DNA of 64,000 nucleotides from Tubiluchus corallicola (taxonomy: Eukaryota > Animalia > Priapulida): positions 124,001 to 188,000 of the forward strand of contig JAQGDQ010002389.1 of NCBI GenBank assembly GCA_030141605.1, read 5' to 3'. This document shows, one piece after another, positions 51,451 to 61,367 of the stretch. The translations under genes were made by a program, and so were the position numbers. Every line of letters starts with the position of its first letter. Positions within the stretch are counted from its first letter, which is position 1. Under the pieces are notes generated by a model. It ran no database searches, was not told the origin of the DNA, and was given only the letters and a program-made list of their open reading frames with translations.

Positions 51451-53685
51451 ATGATATCACACCATCTTCAAAATAGCCTACAACGAGCCTTTCAACTAGC
51501 GCAACACTACCAACACGATATTGTTACTCTTGAGCATCTCTTACTGTCTCTCTGTGATGATCCCGAATGTTTGGCCTTATTTGAAAGCTGCTCCATTAAT
51601 ATTTCTTCCCTAAAAAACACACTTGAAACTTTCATTTCAACAGAACTTTCCTCCATGTATCCTCAGAAGGAAACAATTCAAATCAATATAAGTGATAGCT
51701 TCCAACGCGTCCTTGAGCATACAAAACAACAGGCCGCTAATGCAGGAAGAACATCCGCAAAAAGCACCCACGCCCTCATCGCTATGTATGAAGAAGAAGA
51801 TAGCTTCGCCGTCTGGTTTCTAAAACAACATGGTCTAGATGTATTAGACGCACAAAGCTATGCAGCTCACCCTCTCTTCTCTGAATCATCGGAAAATCCA
51901 GTGCAATCCTCTTCTCTTTCAACAGATGACGATAACACAGAAAAAATCCTTCAAATGTGGTGCGATGATCTGACACAGAAAGCAAAAGATGATTCTCTCG
52001 AACCTTTTATTGCCCGAGAAGAGGAAATCCAAAGAGTCCTTCAGATTCTCTGCAGAAAAACACGCCATAATCCTTTGCTTATCGGGGAAGCCGGTGTTGG
52101 AAAAACAGCAATTGTCACTGGTTTGGCTCAGCATATTATCAATAAAAATGTTCCCTCCTTCCTATCCTCTACAACAATCCTTTCACTCGATCCGATAAGG
52201 CTTCTAGCCGGAACACGCTATCGTGGAGACTTTGAAGAACGATTTCATCAACTCCTAAAAGCCATACAACAGCATGGAAATATCTTACTCTTTATCGATG
52301 AAATCCATATGATCATCGGCGCCGGCGCTATAGAACAAAATGCCATGGATGTCTCCAATATGCTCAAACCCGCCCTGCAAAACGAAAAAATACGCTGTAT
52401 CGGAGCAACAACATGGAAAGAATTTCGACGCCATTTCGAAAAAGACCAAGCCTTACTTCGCCGATTCCAGAAAATCGATATCCACGAACCTTCCATACAA
52501 AAAACAATCCAGATTCTTAAAGGTGTAAAACATACATTTGAAGAGCATTACGCTATTCGCTACCACGAAAAAGCACTTGAAGCCGCTGCTAAACTCTCTA
52601 ATCGCTATATTCGAGAACGATTCCTTCCCGATAAAGCACTAGATGTTATCGATGAAGCAGGCGCCGCCTTTCTACTCTCTAACAAAAAAAAACAAAAAAT
52701 AAAAACAATCACACAAAAGGATATCGAAGAGACTGTCGCTAAAATCGCTAAAATCCCTCCTCAATCTCTTCAACAAAAAGAAACAACTCTACTGAAAACC
52801 CTTAAACGCAAACTCCTCTCCGAAATCTATGGCCAAAATAAAGCCATTAAAACTTTATATAATGCCGTTATTATCTCTCGATCTGGCTTGAAACAAGATG
52901 AAAAACCTGTCGGCTCATACCTCTTTACAGGGCCAAGCGGAGTCGGAAAAACAGAAACAGCTAAACAATTAGCGCAAGTACTTAATAGCAAACTGATTCG
53001 ATTCGATATGTCTGAATATATGGAAAAACACAGTGTCGCAAGGCTGATCGGAACACCTCCGGGATACGTAGGATTCGATCAGGGTGGTCTTTTGACCTCC
53101 GCCGTCGAACATCATCCTTATTCCGTCCTTCTTTTAGATGAAATCGAAAAAGCACACCCTGATATTTTTCATATCTTACTACAGGTTATGGATTACGGGA
53201 CCCTCACGGACAATAATGGAAAAAAAATTGACTTCAGACACACCATTCTCATTATGACAAGTAATGCAGGCATAACAGATGCCAGCAAATATCCCATGGG
53301 GTTTGAAAAAAACAGCCTGCAAAATTATGATAACACAATGATCGAGCAATTCTTTCCACCCGAGTTTAGAAACCGTCTGAGCGCAATTATTCCTTTTCAA
53401 CCTCTCAGTCCCTTAATTATCAAACAGATCGTTGAAAAGTTCATCTCTGAGCTTCAAAATACACTTTCTGAGCGTAACATCACATTGGCCATAACGCCCA
53501 AAGCAAAATTATGGCTCGCAAAATATGGATATAACGAGCATTTAGGAGCACGCCCTATGGAAAGATTAATTGATGAACATATTAAACAACCCCTCGCGCA
53601 GGAAATGATCTTTGGAAAACTCAAAAACGGCAGTACCGTAAAAATTATCACGACCCAAGGGCAATTAAAACTCTCTTACCAATAA
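51451..53685 (+). CDS. clpA: Clp protease ATP-binding subunit
   Basis: Two AAA modules (GEAGVGKT, GPSGVGKT), RFDMSEYME, no ClpB middle domain. Confidence 0.95.
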   Translation: MISHHLQNSLQRAFQLAQHYQHDIVTLEHLLLSLCDDPECLALFESCSINISSLKNTLETFISTELSSMYPQKETIQINISDSFQRVLEHTKQQAANAGRTSAKSTHALIAMYEEEDSFAVWFLKQHGLDVLDAQSYAAHPLFSESSENPVQSSSLSTDDDNTEKILQMWCDDLTQKAKDDSLEPFIAREEEIQRVLQILCRKTRHNPLLIGEAGVGKTAIVTGLAQHIINKNVPSFLSSTTILSLDPIRLLAGTRYRGDFEERFHQLLKAIQQHGNILLFIDEIHMIIGAGAIEQNAMDVSNMLKPALQNEKIRCIGATTWKEFRRHFEKDQALLRRFQKIDIHEPSIQKTIQILKGVKHTFEEHYAIRYHEKALEAAAKLSNRYIRERFLPDKALDVIDEAGAAFLLSNKKKQKIKTITQKDIEETVAKIAKIPPQSLQQKETTLLKTLKRKLLSEIYGQNKAIKTLYNAVIISRSGLKQDEKPVGSYLFTGPSGVGKTETAKQLAQVLNSKLIRFDMSEYMEKHSVARLIGTPPGYVGFDQGGLLTSAVEHHPYSVLLLDEIEKAHPDIFHILLQVMDYGTLTDNNGKKIDFRHTILIMTSNAGITDASKYPMGFEKNSLQNYDNTMIEQFFPPEFRNRLSAIIPFQPLSPLIIKQIVEKFISELQNTLSERNITLAITPKAKLWLAKYGYNEHLGARPMERLIDEHIKQPLAQEMIFGKLKNGSTVKIITTQGQLKLSYQ

Positions 53686-53703
53686 GAACAAATTTTGGCT
53701 TTT

Positions 53704-54375
53704 ATGGCAAAAAAATCGCACAAAACAGAACTTTACTTGCTAACCCCTCCCAATATTAACCTTGATATTTTTCCAGAAGAGCTGGATAATATTCTAAAGA
53801 CAAAATATGTTAAATGGCTGCAGGTTAGAATTAAAAATAACCATGATCGCTTTCTTTACGACGCGATAAAAGAGATCCTTCCCATCACAAGACGCTATAA
53901 CACACACCTGATACTCAATGATCGCCCCGACTTAGCCGTTAAACTTGAATGTGACGGAAGCCATATAGGCCAAAATGATATGCCCTTACAAAAGGCTCGT
54001 AAAATCTGCCCTGAAAATTTCCTCCTTGGTGTAACATGCCATAACTCCCTGCAATTAGCTCTAGAAGCTGAAAAAAATGGCGCAACATATATCGCCTTTG
54101 GCGCTTTTTTTCCATCCCAAACAAAAAATCCACCAGCACAAGCCGCTTTGGACTTGATTCACCAATGGCATACAGTGTCAAAATGCCCCTGTGTCGCTAT
54201 CGGAGGCATTACTCCTGAAAATTGCTCCCCCCTTGTCAGTGCAGCTGTCCACGCAATTGCCGTGTGTGGAAGTGTGTGGAATCATCCTTATGGCCCCTTT
54301 TATGCTATAGACGATTTCCAAAATAGACTCGCTATACAAAAGGAGAAAAGGAATTATAAAGCAGACCTTTACTAG
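53704..54375 (+). CDS. thiE: thiamine-phosphate synthase
   Basis: QVRIK, LNDRPDLA, HIGQND, GVTCH, SQTK, AIGGIT. Confidence 0.88.
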   Translation: MAKKSHKTELYLLTPPNINLDIFPEELDNILKTKYVKWLQVRIKNNHDRFLYDAIKEILPITRRYNTHLILNDRPDLAVKLECDGSHIGQNDMPLQKARKICPENFLLGVTCHNSLQLALEAEKNGATYIAFGAFFPSQTKNPPAQAALDLIHQWHTVSKCPCVAIGGITPENCSPLVSAAVHAIAVCGSVWNHPYGPFYAIDDFQNRLAIQKEKRNYKADLY

Positions 54376-54571
54376 CTTCTTTTTAAAGAATCTCTTTGCA
54401 GACCTACACGTAAACTGAAATAAAAAAATTCTTTATAAAAAATACACTTGATTATCTCAAAATTTTCCGCTTTACATTACATAGCACGGAAATATGATAG
54501 GATTATCATAAAAAATCTGTTAGAAATAAATCATCCACAAAAATACATACTATCAATTTTAAGGTGACAAT

Positions 54572-55141
54572 ATGAAAATCAACGGAAATGCAATACGCCC
54601 CGGTATGGTCATTCAACATCAAGGGCGCCTCTGGCGTGCTATTAAAATTCAACATACTCAGCCAGGAAAAGGCGGAGCATATCTTCAAGTGGAATTACGT
54701 GATATACAACGAGGAACAAAACTCAATGAACGATTCCGCGCTTCAGAAACTGTCGAGCGCGCTCGCCTAGAACAAAAAGAGTATCAATATCTCTATACCG
54801 ATGGTGTTATCTACACATTCATGGATAACGAAACCTATGAGCAAATCTCCATAGATTCCTCCCTTATCGACGAAGAATCAATTCCTTTCCTCCAAGAAAA
54901 TATGACCGTCTCCATCGAAAGTTTTGAAGGAGAAATTATCGGCATTCAACTGCCAGATAGCGTTATACTTGAAGTCGTTGAGGCAGAACCCGTTGTTAAA
55001 GGGCAAACAGCATCTTCATCCTTTAAGCCTGCTTTATTAGAAAATGGTGTTAAAATACAAGTGCCAACTTATGTGGAAGTCGGCATGCGTGTTGTAGTGA
55101 ACACAGCCGAACAAATATTTGTCGAACGCGCTAAAAATTAA
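54572..55141 (+). CDS. efp: elongation factor P
   Basis: QPGKGGAY, FMDNETYEQ, VKGQTASSSFKPA. Confidence 0.97.
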   Translation: MKINGNAIRPGMVIQHQGRLWRAIKIQHTQPGKGGAYLQVELRDIQRGTKLNERFRASETVERARLEQKEYQYLYTDGVIYTFMDNETYEQISIDSSLIDEESIPFLQENMTVSIESFEGEIIGIQLPDSVILEVVEAEPVVKGQTASSSFKPALLENGVKIQVPTYVEVGMRVVVNTAEQIFVERAKN

Positions 55142-55193
55142 AATTTACCCTCATCTATCTCTACCGTTATCTATCTATGGAGTTCTCTAAGGA

Positions 55194-55982
55194 ATGATTG
55201 CTATCTCACCACTTCTCAATACCATGACAAATATCGCCCGAAAAGCCGCCTCTCGACTAAGACGTGACTTTGGAGAAGTAGAACATCTGCAAAGCTCCAG
55301 AAAAGGACCTGCAAATTTTGCCCGTATCGCAAATCAAAAAACAGAAAAAATTCTTTATGAAGAACTCGCACAAACCTTTCCTAAATACGGATTCTATATG
55401 AAAGAAAGTGGAGAAATTCCCGGATCAGACACCTCTAATCGCTGGATTATCGATTCTATGGGAGGAGCAACAAATTTCCTACATAGCATTCCCATGTTTG
55501 CACTCTCATTCGCTTTAGAGCGTGACGGAAAGCCTTACGCCGGTATTACATACAATCCCGCTCAGGATGAAATTTTTATTGCCGAAAGAGGGAAAGGCGC
55601 CTTCCTAAATGAACGACGCATCCGAGTCTCGGCACGTCGTGATTTCGCTCTCGCAACTTTCTGCGGTGCAATGCAAGCTGGTAAATTACCTAAACATTAT
55701 ACAAAAAGCTTACACTATATCTCCGCTCTCTCTGCTGGCATACGTCTTTTAGGATGTACAAGCCTTGAAATGGCATGGACTGCCGCCGGAAGATTCGATG
55801 GTATGTGGGGATGCGAACTCAAGCCATGGGAAACATCCACAGGAACAATTCTTATTCAAGAAGCAGGGGGATATATCTCAGATTTAAATGGAGAAAATAA
55901 CTGTAATCACCCCTCCTCACTTGTCGCTGCCAATCCTTATCTTTATGAATCTCTACTGGAAAAGCTACAAAAAACAAAATAA
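55194..55982 (+). CDS. suhB: inositol monophosphatase-family protein SuhB (catalytic motif degenerate)
   Basis: LRRDFGEVEHLQ..RKGP, RWIID....TNFLH, AAGRFDG, EAGG; efp-suhB synteny. Confidence 0.88.
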   Translation: MIAISPLLNTMTNIARKAASRLRRDFGEVEHLQSSRKGPANFARIANQKTEKILYEELAQTFPKYGFYMKESGEIPGSDTSNRWIIDSMGGATNFLHSIPMFALSFALERDGKPYAGITYNPAQDEIFIAERGKGAFLNERRIRVSARRDFALATFCGAMQAGKLPKHYTKSLHYISALSAGIRLLGCTSLEMAWTAAGRFDGMWGCELKPWETSTGTILIQEAGGYISDLNGENNCNHPSSLVAANPYLYESLLEKLQKTK

Positions 55983-56157
55983 AAATACTAAACCTGCCAA
56001 AGCAGTTTATAGAAAAGTGCCTCTCTCTATTTTTCTTAGAGTTTATCCCCTTTTTAATCTCCTTGAATAAAATATAAGATATAAAACTATCTTTTTCAAA
56101 AATGCCTTTTTACTATAAAATATACCAACGTAAATAAAATACCGGAGATATAAAAAT

Positions 56158-57420
56158 ATGCGCATTATTATTATGGGAGCCGGGTTAATCGGTGTCTCAA
56201 TGGCATGGTTTTTATCACAATCAGGTCATAAGGTTTACGTCATTGATAGGCAAGATGATGTCGCCCTTGAAACGAGCAAAGAAAATGGTGGACAAATTTC
56301 CTCCAGCCACGCTTCTCCTTGGGCAGGACCAGACACTCCTCTTAAAATTTTAAAATGGCTACTGCGTAAAGACTCTCCTTTGATTTTTCATCCGACAATC
56401 GAATGGAATCAGTGGGAATGGTATTGGGAATTTTTAAAAAATTGCACAACAAAACAATATAAAAAAAATATACAAAAAAATATACAACTCGCTAATTACA
56501 GCCTTTCATGCCTTCAGAATCCATTCTTTCAAAAACTTGAATACAATGCGTCTAAAACAGGAATATTACATATTTTTACACACCCAAAAGAATGGAAAGC
56601 TGCAACTAAAAAAGCAAAATGGATGACACAATTTGGCTGCAAATGCCTGCTTCTTAACACAAATGAATGTTTCAATATTGAACCCGCTCTCCGCGGTAGC
56701 AAACGAAAAATTATCGGCGGAATCTATAGCCCCGATGATATCAGCGGAGATGCCTACCTTTATTGCGTCAATCTTAAAAAATTTTGCCAGAAACACGGCG
56801 TTGAATTTCTTTTTAATCACTCTATAAAAAAGCTTGAATATAGTCATAAAAAAATTACCGCCGTAACATTCGACAATGGCACTTCCATGCAAGGAGATTA
56901 TTATATTGCAGCTTTAGGAAGTTATACCTCTCTCCTTTTCAAAGATCTCGGAATTAGCCTTCCTATACGCCCCGCAAAAGGCTATTCTGTAACCTTACCT
57001 TCTAATACTCTTCATTCTGATGATTTCCCGAAAACAGCCCTTATCGATGATGAAAAAAAAATCGTCTATAGCCACCTTGGCAACTCCCTTCGTATTGCAG
57101 GAACCGCGGAAATGAAAGGCTATAATACATGCATTGAAGAAAAAAGAGCAAAACATATTCTCCTATCTGCTCTAAAATTCTTTCCAAACTGCACAGCCGT
57201 TTCTTCCCAGGCAACCTTTTGGTCAGGGCTTCGCCCCTCTACACCAGACGGCGTGCCAATTATAGGAAAAACACCTTACGATAACCTCTATATTAATAGC
57301 GGCCACGGAACATTAGGCTGGACAATGGCCGCAGGATCAGGAAACCTGATTACTAAACTTATTACTCAGCAAACACTTCCTTTAAATATTTATGACTATT
57401 CCTTAAATCGATTCCAGTAA
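56158..57420 (+). CDS. dadA: D-amino acid dehydrogenase
   Basis: GAGLIG, ETS..NGGQIS, PAKGYSVT, WSGLRP.TPDG.P, GHGTLGWTMA.GSG. Confidence 0.92.
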   Translation: MRIIIMGAGLIGVSMAWFLSQSGHKVYVIDRQDDVALETSKENGGQISSSHASPWAGPDTPLKILKWLLRKDSPLIFHPTIEWNQWEWYWEFLKNCTTKQYKKNIQKNIQLANYSLSCLQNPFFQKLEYNASKTGILHIFTHPKEWKAATKKAKWMTQFGCKCLLLNTNECFNIEPALRGSKRKIIGGIYSPDDISGDAYLYCVNLKKFCQKHGVEFLFNHSIKKLEYSHKKITAVTFDNGTSMQGDYYIAALGSYTSLLFKDLGISLPIRPAKGYSVTLPSNTLHSDDFPKTALIDDEKKIVYSHLGNSLRIAGTAEMKGYNTCIEEKRAKHILLSALKFFPNCTAVSSQATFWSGLRPSTPDGVPIIGKTPYDNLYINSGHGTLGWTMAAGSGNLITKLITQQTLPLNIYDYSLNRFQ

Positions 57421-57432
57421 GAAAGAAAAACC

Positions 57433-58071
57433 ATGTATACAAAAAAAGATGTCAAAATTCTTTCCAGAAAAACACTCTATGATGGTTGGGTAAACGTAGA
57501 AAAATGCACCTTACAATATCGTACGTTTGACGGGCAATGGAGTGATTCTATAAATCGAGAAATTATCGGACGCGGCCATACAGCCAGCGCATTGCTCTAC
57601 GATCCATGGAAAGACTGCATTATTCTTATCCGACAATTCAGACTAGGAGCATGGGCCGCTATGCAATCTCCCTTGCTAAAAGAAGACGAAACGCCATGGC
57701 TGTGGGAAATTGTTGCCGGTTATATTGATCCAGAAGAAACACCGCAAAACGCCATTATACGAGAAATTTATGAGGAGACCAGCTGCGAAGCTATCGCTCT
57801 AGAATATATTACTCCTTGCCTCCTGAGCCCAGGAAGTTTGACAGAAACAAATTTTATTTTTGCCGCTTGCGTTCATGCTCCTAATGATAAAAAAATACAC
57901 GGAAATAAAACAGAACATGAAGATATTCAGGTGGTTTCCATACCTGCAAAAGACATAAGAATATGGCTAGAAAAACAAAAAATTATCAATGCTGTCGGAC
58001 TCATTGCTTTACAATGGTTTTTGCAAAACCATCAACGCCTAAAAACAGAATGGGCTAAAAATAAAGAATAG
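57433..58071 (+). CDS. nudF: Nudix hydrolase, ADP-ribose pyrophosphatase type
   Basis: LIRQFR, Nudix box AGYIDPEETPQNAIIREIYEET, SPG..TE, EHEDI. Confidence 0.85.
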   Translation: MYTKKDVKILSRKTLYDGWVNVEKCTLQYRTFDGQWSDSINREIIGRGHTASALLYDPWKDCIILIRQFRLGAWAAMQSPLLKEDETPWLWEIVAGYIDPEETPQNAIIREIYEETSCEAIALEYITPCLLSPGSLTETNFIFAACVHAPNDKKIHGNKTEHEDIQVVSIPAKDIRIWLEKQKIINAVGLIALQWFLQNHQRLKTEWAKNKE

Positions 58072-58076
58072 AGCTC

Positions 58077-58871
58077 ATGATAAAACTCCCTTTGCTTATT
58101 GAACATACTGACTTACCTCATTATCAAAAATACCCCCATGTCAAAATAGTAGAAATTGGTGATGACAAAAGCGCTCACACAAATATTCTTCCCGAAAGCG
58201 GCTTTATTGATATAGACGAACTCTCTGATAAAGACTCGCCCTACCCTTATATGGCTCCGACTCCAAAAACTTTTTTCCTTGCTCTTGAAAACCATGGCAT
58301 CAGCCCTCATGCCCATATAATCGCTTTTGATAGAAAAACAGGTTATATAGCCACCCGCTTTTTCTGGTTATGCCATCTCTTTGGGCAAAAAAATATTTCT
58401 CTACTCAACGGTAATATAAACAGCCAGAAAAATAACCACTCCTCTTGTTCAGAAGACTTTAAAGAGTTTTTAAAAGTCAACAATCCTCCCCTCTCTTATA
58501 ATCCTCTTATTATAAGTGATTTTGAAACCGTTAAAAAAGCAAGCGAAAATAATAAAAAACAAATTATTGACACCAGAAGCACACTCATTTTCCAAAAAAG
58601 CAAGTTACAAAACACACACGTTCCCAGAAGCATTAACTTACCTGCGAATAAACTTATAGAAAAAAGAACGCATCGATTATTGCCAGATGAGCAGTTACAT
58701 TCAATTATACAAAATGCCGGCATTATAAAAACAAAACCTATTATCACAACATGCCATTACGGCTTTAGTGCAGCTCTTCTATGGTTTGTTCTCTATAAAT
58801 TAGATTACCAAAATATTGCTCTTTATGACGGTTCGTGGAGTGAGTGGAATCAAAGAATCAATCCACTTTAA
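58077..58871 (+). CDS. tandem-rhodanese sulfurtransferase (SseA-like, divergent)
   Basis: ATRFFWL..LFG, QIIDTRS, active-site Cys (TTCHYG), LYDGSWSEW. Confidence 0.8.
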   Translation: MIKLPLLIEHTDLPHYQKYPHVKIVEIGDDKSAHTNILPESGFIDIDELSDKDSPYPYMAPTPKTFFLALENHGISPHAHIIAFDRKTGYIATRFFWLCHLFGQKNISLLNGNINSQKNNHSSCSEDFKEFLKVNNPPLSYNPLIISDFETVKKASENNKKQIIDTRSTLIFQKSKLQNTHVPRSINLPANKLIEKRTHRLLPDEQLHSIIQNAGIIKTKPIITTCHYGFSAALLWFVLYKLDYQNIALYDGSWSEWNQRINPL

Positions 58872-59093
58872 TAATTATACACTCAACTTGGCAAAGCCTA
58901 TCTTACTTTCCAATATCGCACTTCACCTTAAAAAACTTAATTACTACCCTTATTTACAAAATATTCTCTCTTGAAAGCTCAAAGGATACAGTTGCAAATA
59001 AACTGGAAATCCTTTAACCTATATCCTTAAATCTAATGAATAGATTCATTATGTTAGATTCTTTTGACAATTGATCTTGCCAGGACAGTATCA

Positions 59094-60281
59094 ATGAAAA
59101 ATTTGACTCTTTTTTCACTATACTCTTTATTACTATGCTCTTTTCTCTTTTTTCCCCTGATAAACAGTATAAATGCTCATGCAGCAAACTCTCTTGAGCT
59201 CACCGAGGATTTATTCTCTCTTCCTCCCTGCCCTTATCTTACAACAATCACCTCTGCAAAAATATACTCAAAGCCTACCCGTACAGCACCTCAAATAATG
59301 CTCCTTAAAGAAAAAACATCCGTTCAAAAAAATACATTACTTCTGAATCAAAATAGAGAACCCTGGTGGCTCGTAACAGTAAATGGGCGAAGCGGCTATG
59401 TCTATGCGCCTTTACTCCTCTGTTCTCCCAATAAATCCCATGTTAACGAAATACCAAACTTAACACTCCTAGAAGCTGAAGCATATTATCAAATCAGCCA
59501 GTATCTCAAAAATCAAAAGACGCAAAATAACAATCCGAATATTGTTGCTTACTGGTTAAATCAGGCGATTAGACAAGGTTCACAAACTGCCCTATATCTA
59601 CAGGATGTAATGGCTCAAAAAACATTAGATTCCCAAGCAATCATACAAATTCTTATGTATCTGGGAAATCGTTATAATAAAGCTGATGCCTTCTATATGC
59701 TCGGCCAAGCCTATACAAGCGGGATCCATGTCAGCAAAGACCCTTCCAGAGCTTCTTTTTATTTTCGTCGTGCCGCACTCATGGGTAATTTAAAAGCACA
59801 AAACTACCTCATTTCCCATATTCAAAATCCGGCCAGCCCTAAAAGTATAGAAAATACACTCCTTGATATTGAGTGGCTCTACAAAAAAGCACAGCAGGAT
59901 GACGCTCAAGCACAATTACAGCTGGCTAAAATCCTATTAAATGAGCAACTCTCCATAGCAAACTCAAAAGACGCTATAGCATGGATGAAAAAAGCTGCCA
60001 ACAATAACTATCCAGATGCGCAATATGAGCTCGGAATCCTATATTTTCATGGGCATGCAGAAATAGAGCAAAACTATCAAAGCGCATTTCAATGGTTTGA
60101 AAAAGCCGCTACCAGCGGGCACCCAAAAGCACAATATCTATCTGCTATCTCATATCTATCCGGAATCGGAACATCCAAAGATTTCCAACATGGTTTGAAA
60201 TGGCTTGTTCAAGCAGCTAAGCAAGGAAATAGCGAAGCAATAGAAGAGCTTCGTAAAATCAGGCATAAAACCTATAATTAA
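59094..60281 (+). CDS. secreted Sel1-repeat protein with an N-terminal SH3b-like segment
   Basis: Signal peptide, WWLVTVNGRSGYV, several AQY.LG..Y..G....A..W..KAA..G repeats. Confidence 0.85.
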   Translation: MKNLTLFSLYSLLLCSFLFFPLINSINAHAANSLELTEDLFSLPPCPYLTTITSAKIYSKPTRTAPQIMLLKEKTSVQKNTLLLNQNREPWWLVTVNGRSGYVYAPLLLCSPNKSHVNEIPNLTLLEAEAYYQISQYLKNQKTQNNNPNIVAYWLNQAIRQGSQTALYLQDVMAQKTLDSQAIIQILMYLGNRYNKADAFYMLGQAYTSGIHVSKDPSRASFYFRRAALMGNLKAQNYLISHIQNPASPKSIENTLLDIEWLYKKAQQDDAQAQLQLAKILLNEQLSIANSKDAIAWMKKAANNNYPDAQYELGILYFHGHAEIEQNYQSAFQWFEKAATSGHPKAQYLSAISYLSGIGTSKDFQHGLKWLVQAAKQGNSEAIEELRKIRHKTYN

Positions 60282-60306
60282 AGCAAAACTCTCTTTAAAA
60301 TAGATT

Positions 60307-60334
60307 TAAGGCTAGAAAATATATTCTAGCCTTA
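60307..60334. terminator. bidirectional terminator
   Basis: TAAGGCTAGAA-6nt-TTCTAGCCTTA between convergent genes. Confidence 0.7.
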
Positions 60335-60363
60335 TCTCTCTTTAACCAAACAGTAAAACTCTC

Positions 60364-60933
60364 TTAATTTCCTGCTGATTCCGCCGCAATAGACTCATCA
60401 GCAGAAGAATTATTACCTTCTTCTTCCTGTTTAGCTTGCGTCGCTTCATCAACTTTTTTCTGAAATAATTCTACAAAATTCATTGGCTGTAACATAACCG
60501 GCAAGAAACCTGCATTGCTTGTAATATCTGCAACAATCTGGCGTAAGAATGGAAATAATATACGAGGACATTCAATAAATAAAACTGGTTTGATATGCTT
60601 TTCCGGAACCTGTATGGAAAACATACCACCATAACTTAACTCCAAAAGAAAAACTTGTTTTTCCTCCTGCTTACAAGATAATTCAAAATTAATTGTCACA
60701 TCATACGTATCCTGCCCCTTGCGTACAACATGAACATCAAAATTCTGCTCGATCTCAGGCGCTTTATTTTCTTGCTGCAGCTCAAGAAAAATATCCGGGC
60801 AGTGCGGAATTTCAAAAGAAAAATCACGAATAAATTGAATATGAGGTACAATCGGCGCCTGCTTCTTCATGGAATTGCCGTCTTGCCCCTCGTTTTTTTC
60901 TGAAACATCTGCCTTTTTTACATCATCAACCAT
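60364..60933 (-). CDS. secB: protein-export chaperone
   Basis: QFIRDFSFEIP, FLLELSYGG, IECPRILFPFLRQIVAD, GFLPVML.P.NF. Confidence 0.93.
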   Translation of the reverse strand: MVDDVKKADVSEKNEGQDGNSMKKQAPIVPHIQFIRDFSFEIPHCPDIFLELQQENKAPEIEQNFDVHVVRKGQDTYDVTINFELSCKQEEKQVFLLELSYGGMFSIQVPEKHIKPVLFIECPRILFPFLRQIVADITSNAGFLPVMLQPMNFVELFQKKVDEATQAKQEEEGNNSSADESIAAESAGN

Positions 60934-61367
60934 TACCCTTCTCCTGAACTGATTTCTATGTTAATTCTTAAGTATCTATTTCTTTTACTAGTATTTTTTG
61001 TATAAATATTATACATATTAACTATATAAACAGAATTTAAGCATATACTTTATAATCTTACAATAAAAATTTAATATGATAACCCTACAATCAATTTACA
61101 TTAAGACATTTAATAAACCTAAAATTTAAAAATAATCCAGCAACTTTACTTTAAGTATTTATAACCAATTCATGCCTATAAATCCTAATGAATTATCATG
61201 CCTATAAATAAAATTACATTTTAAAATCAATATTATTTGTAAATTATACTACAATACCATATTCTGTTAAAATATATAAATATACTTTATTTATGGAAAC
61301 AAAAACCTTAAATAATAATAAAGAGTTGAAAAATAATTTTGCTCTTAAACTATTCACTCTGGTGTAA

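Noticed and set aside
60934-61367. CtrA boxes or origin in the AT-rich secB-Tim44 spacer
   Set aside because: No exact TTAA-N7-TTAA and no DnaA boxes found by eye.
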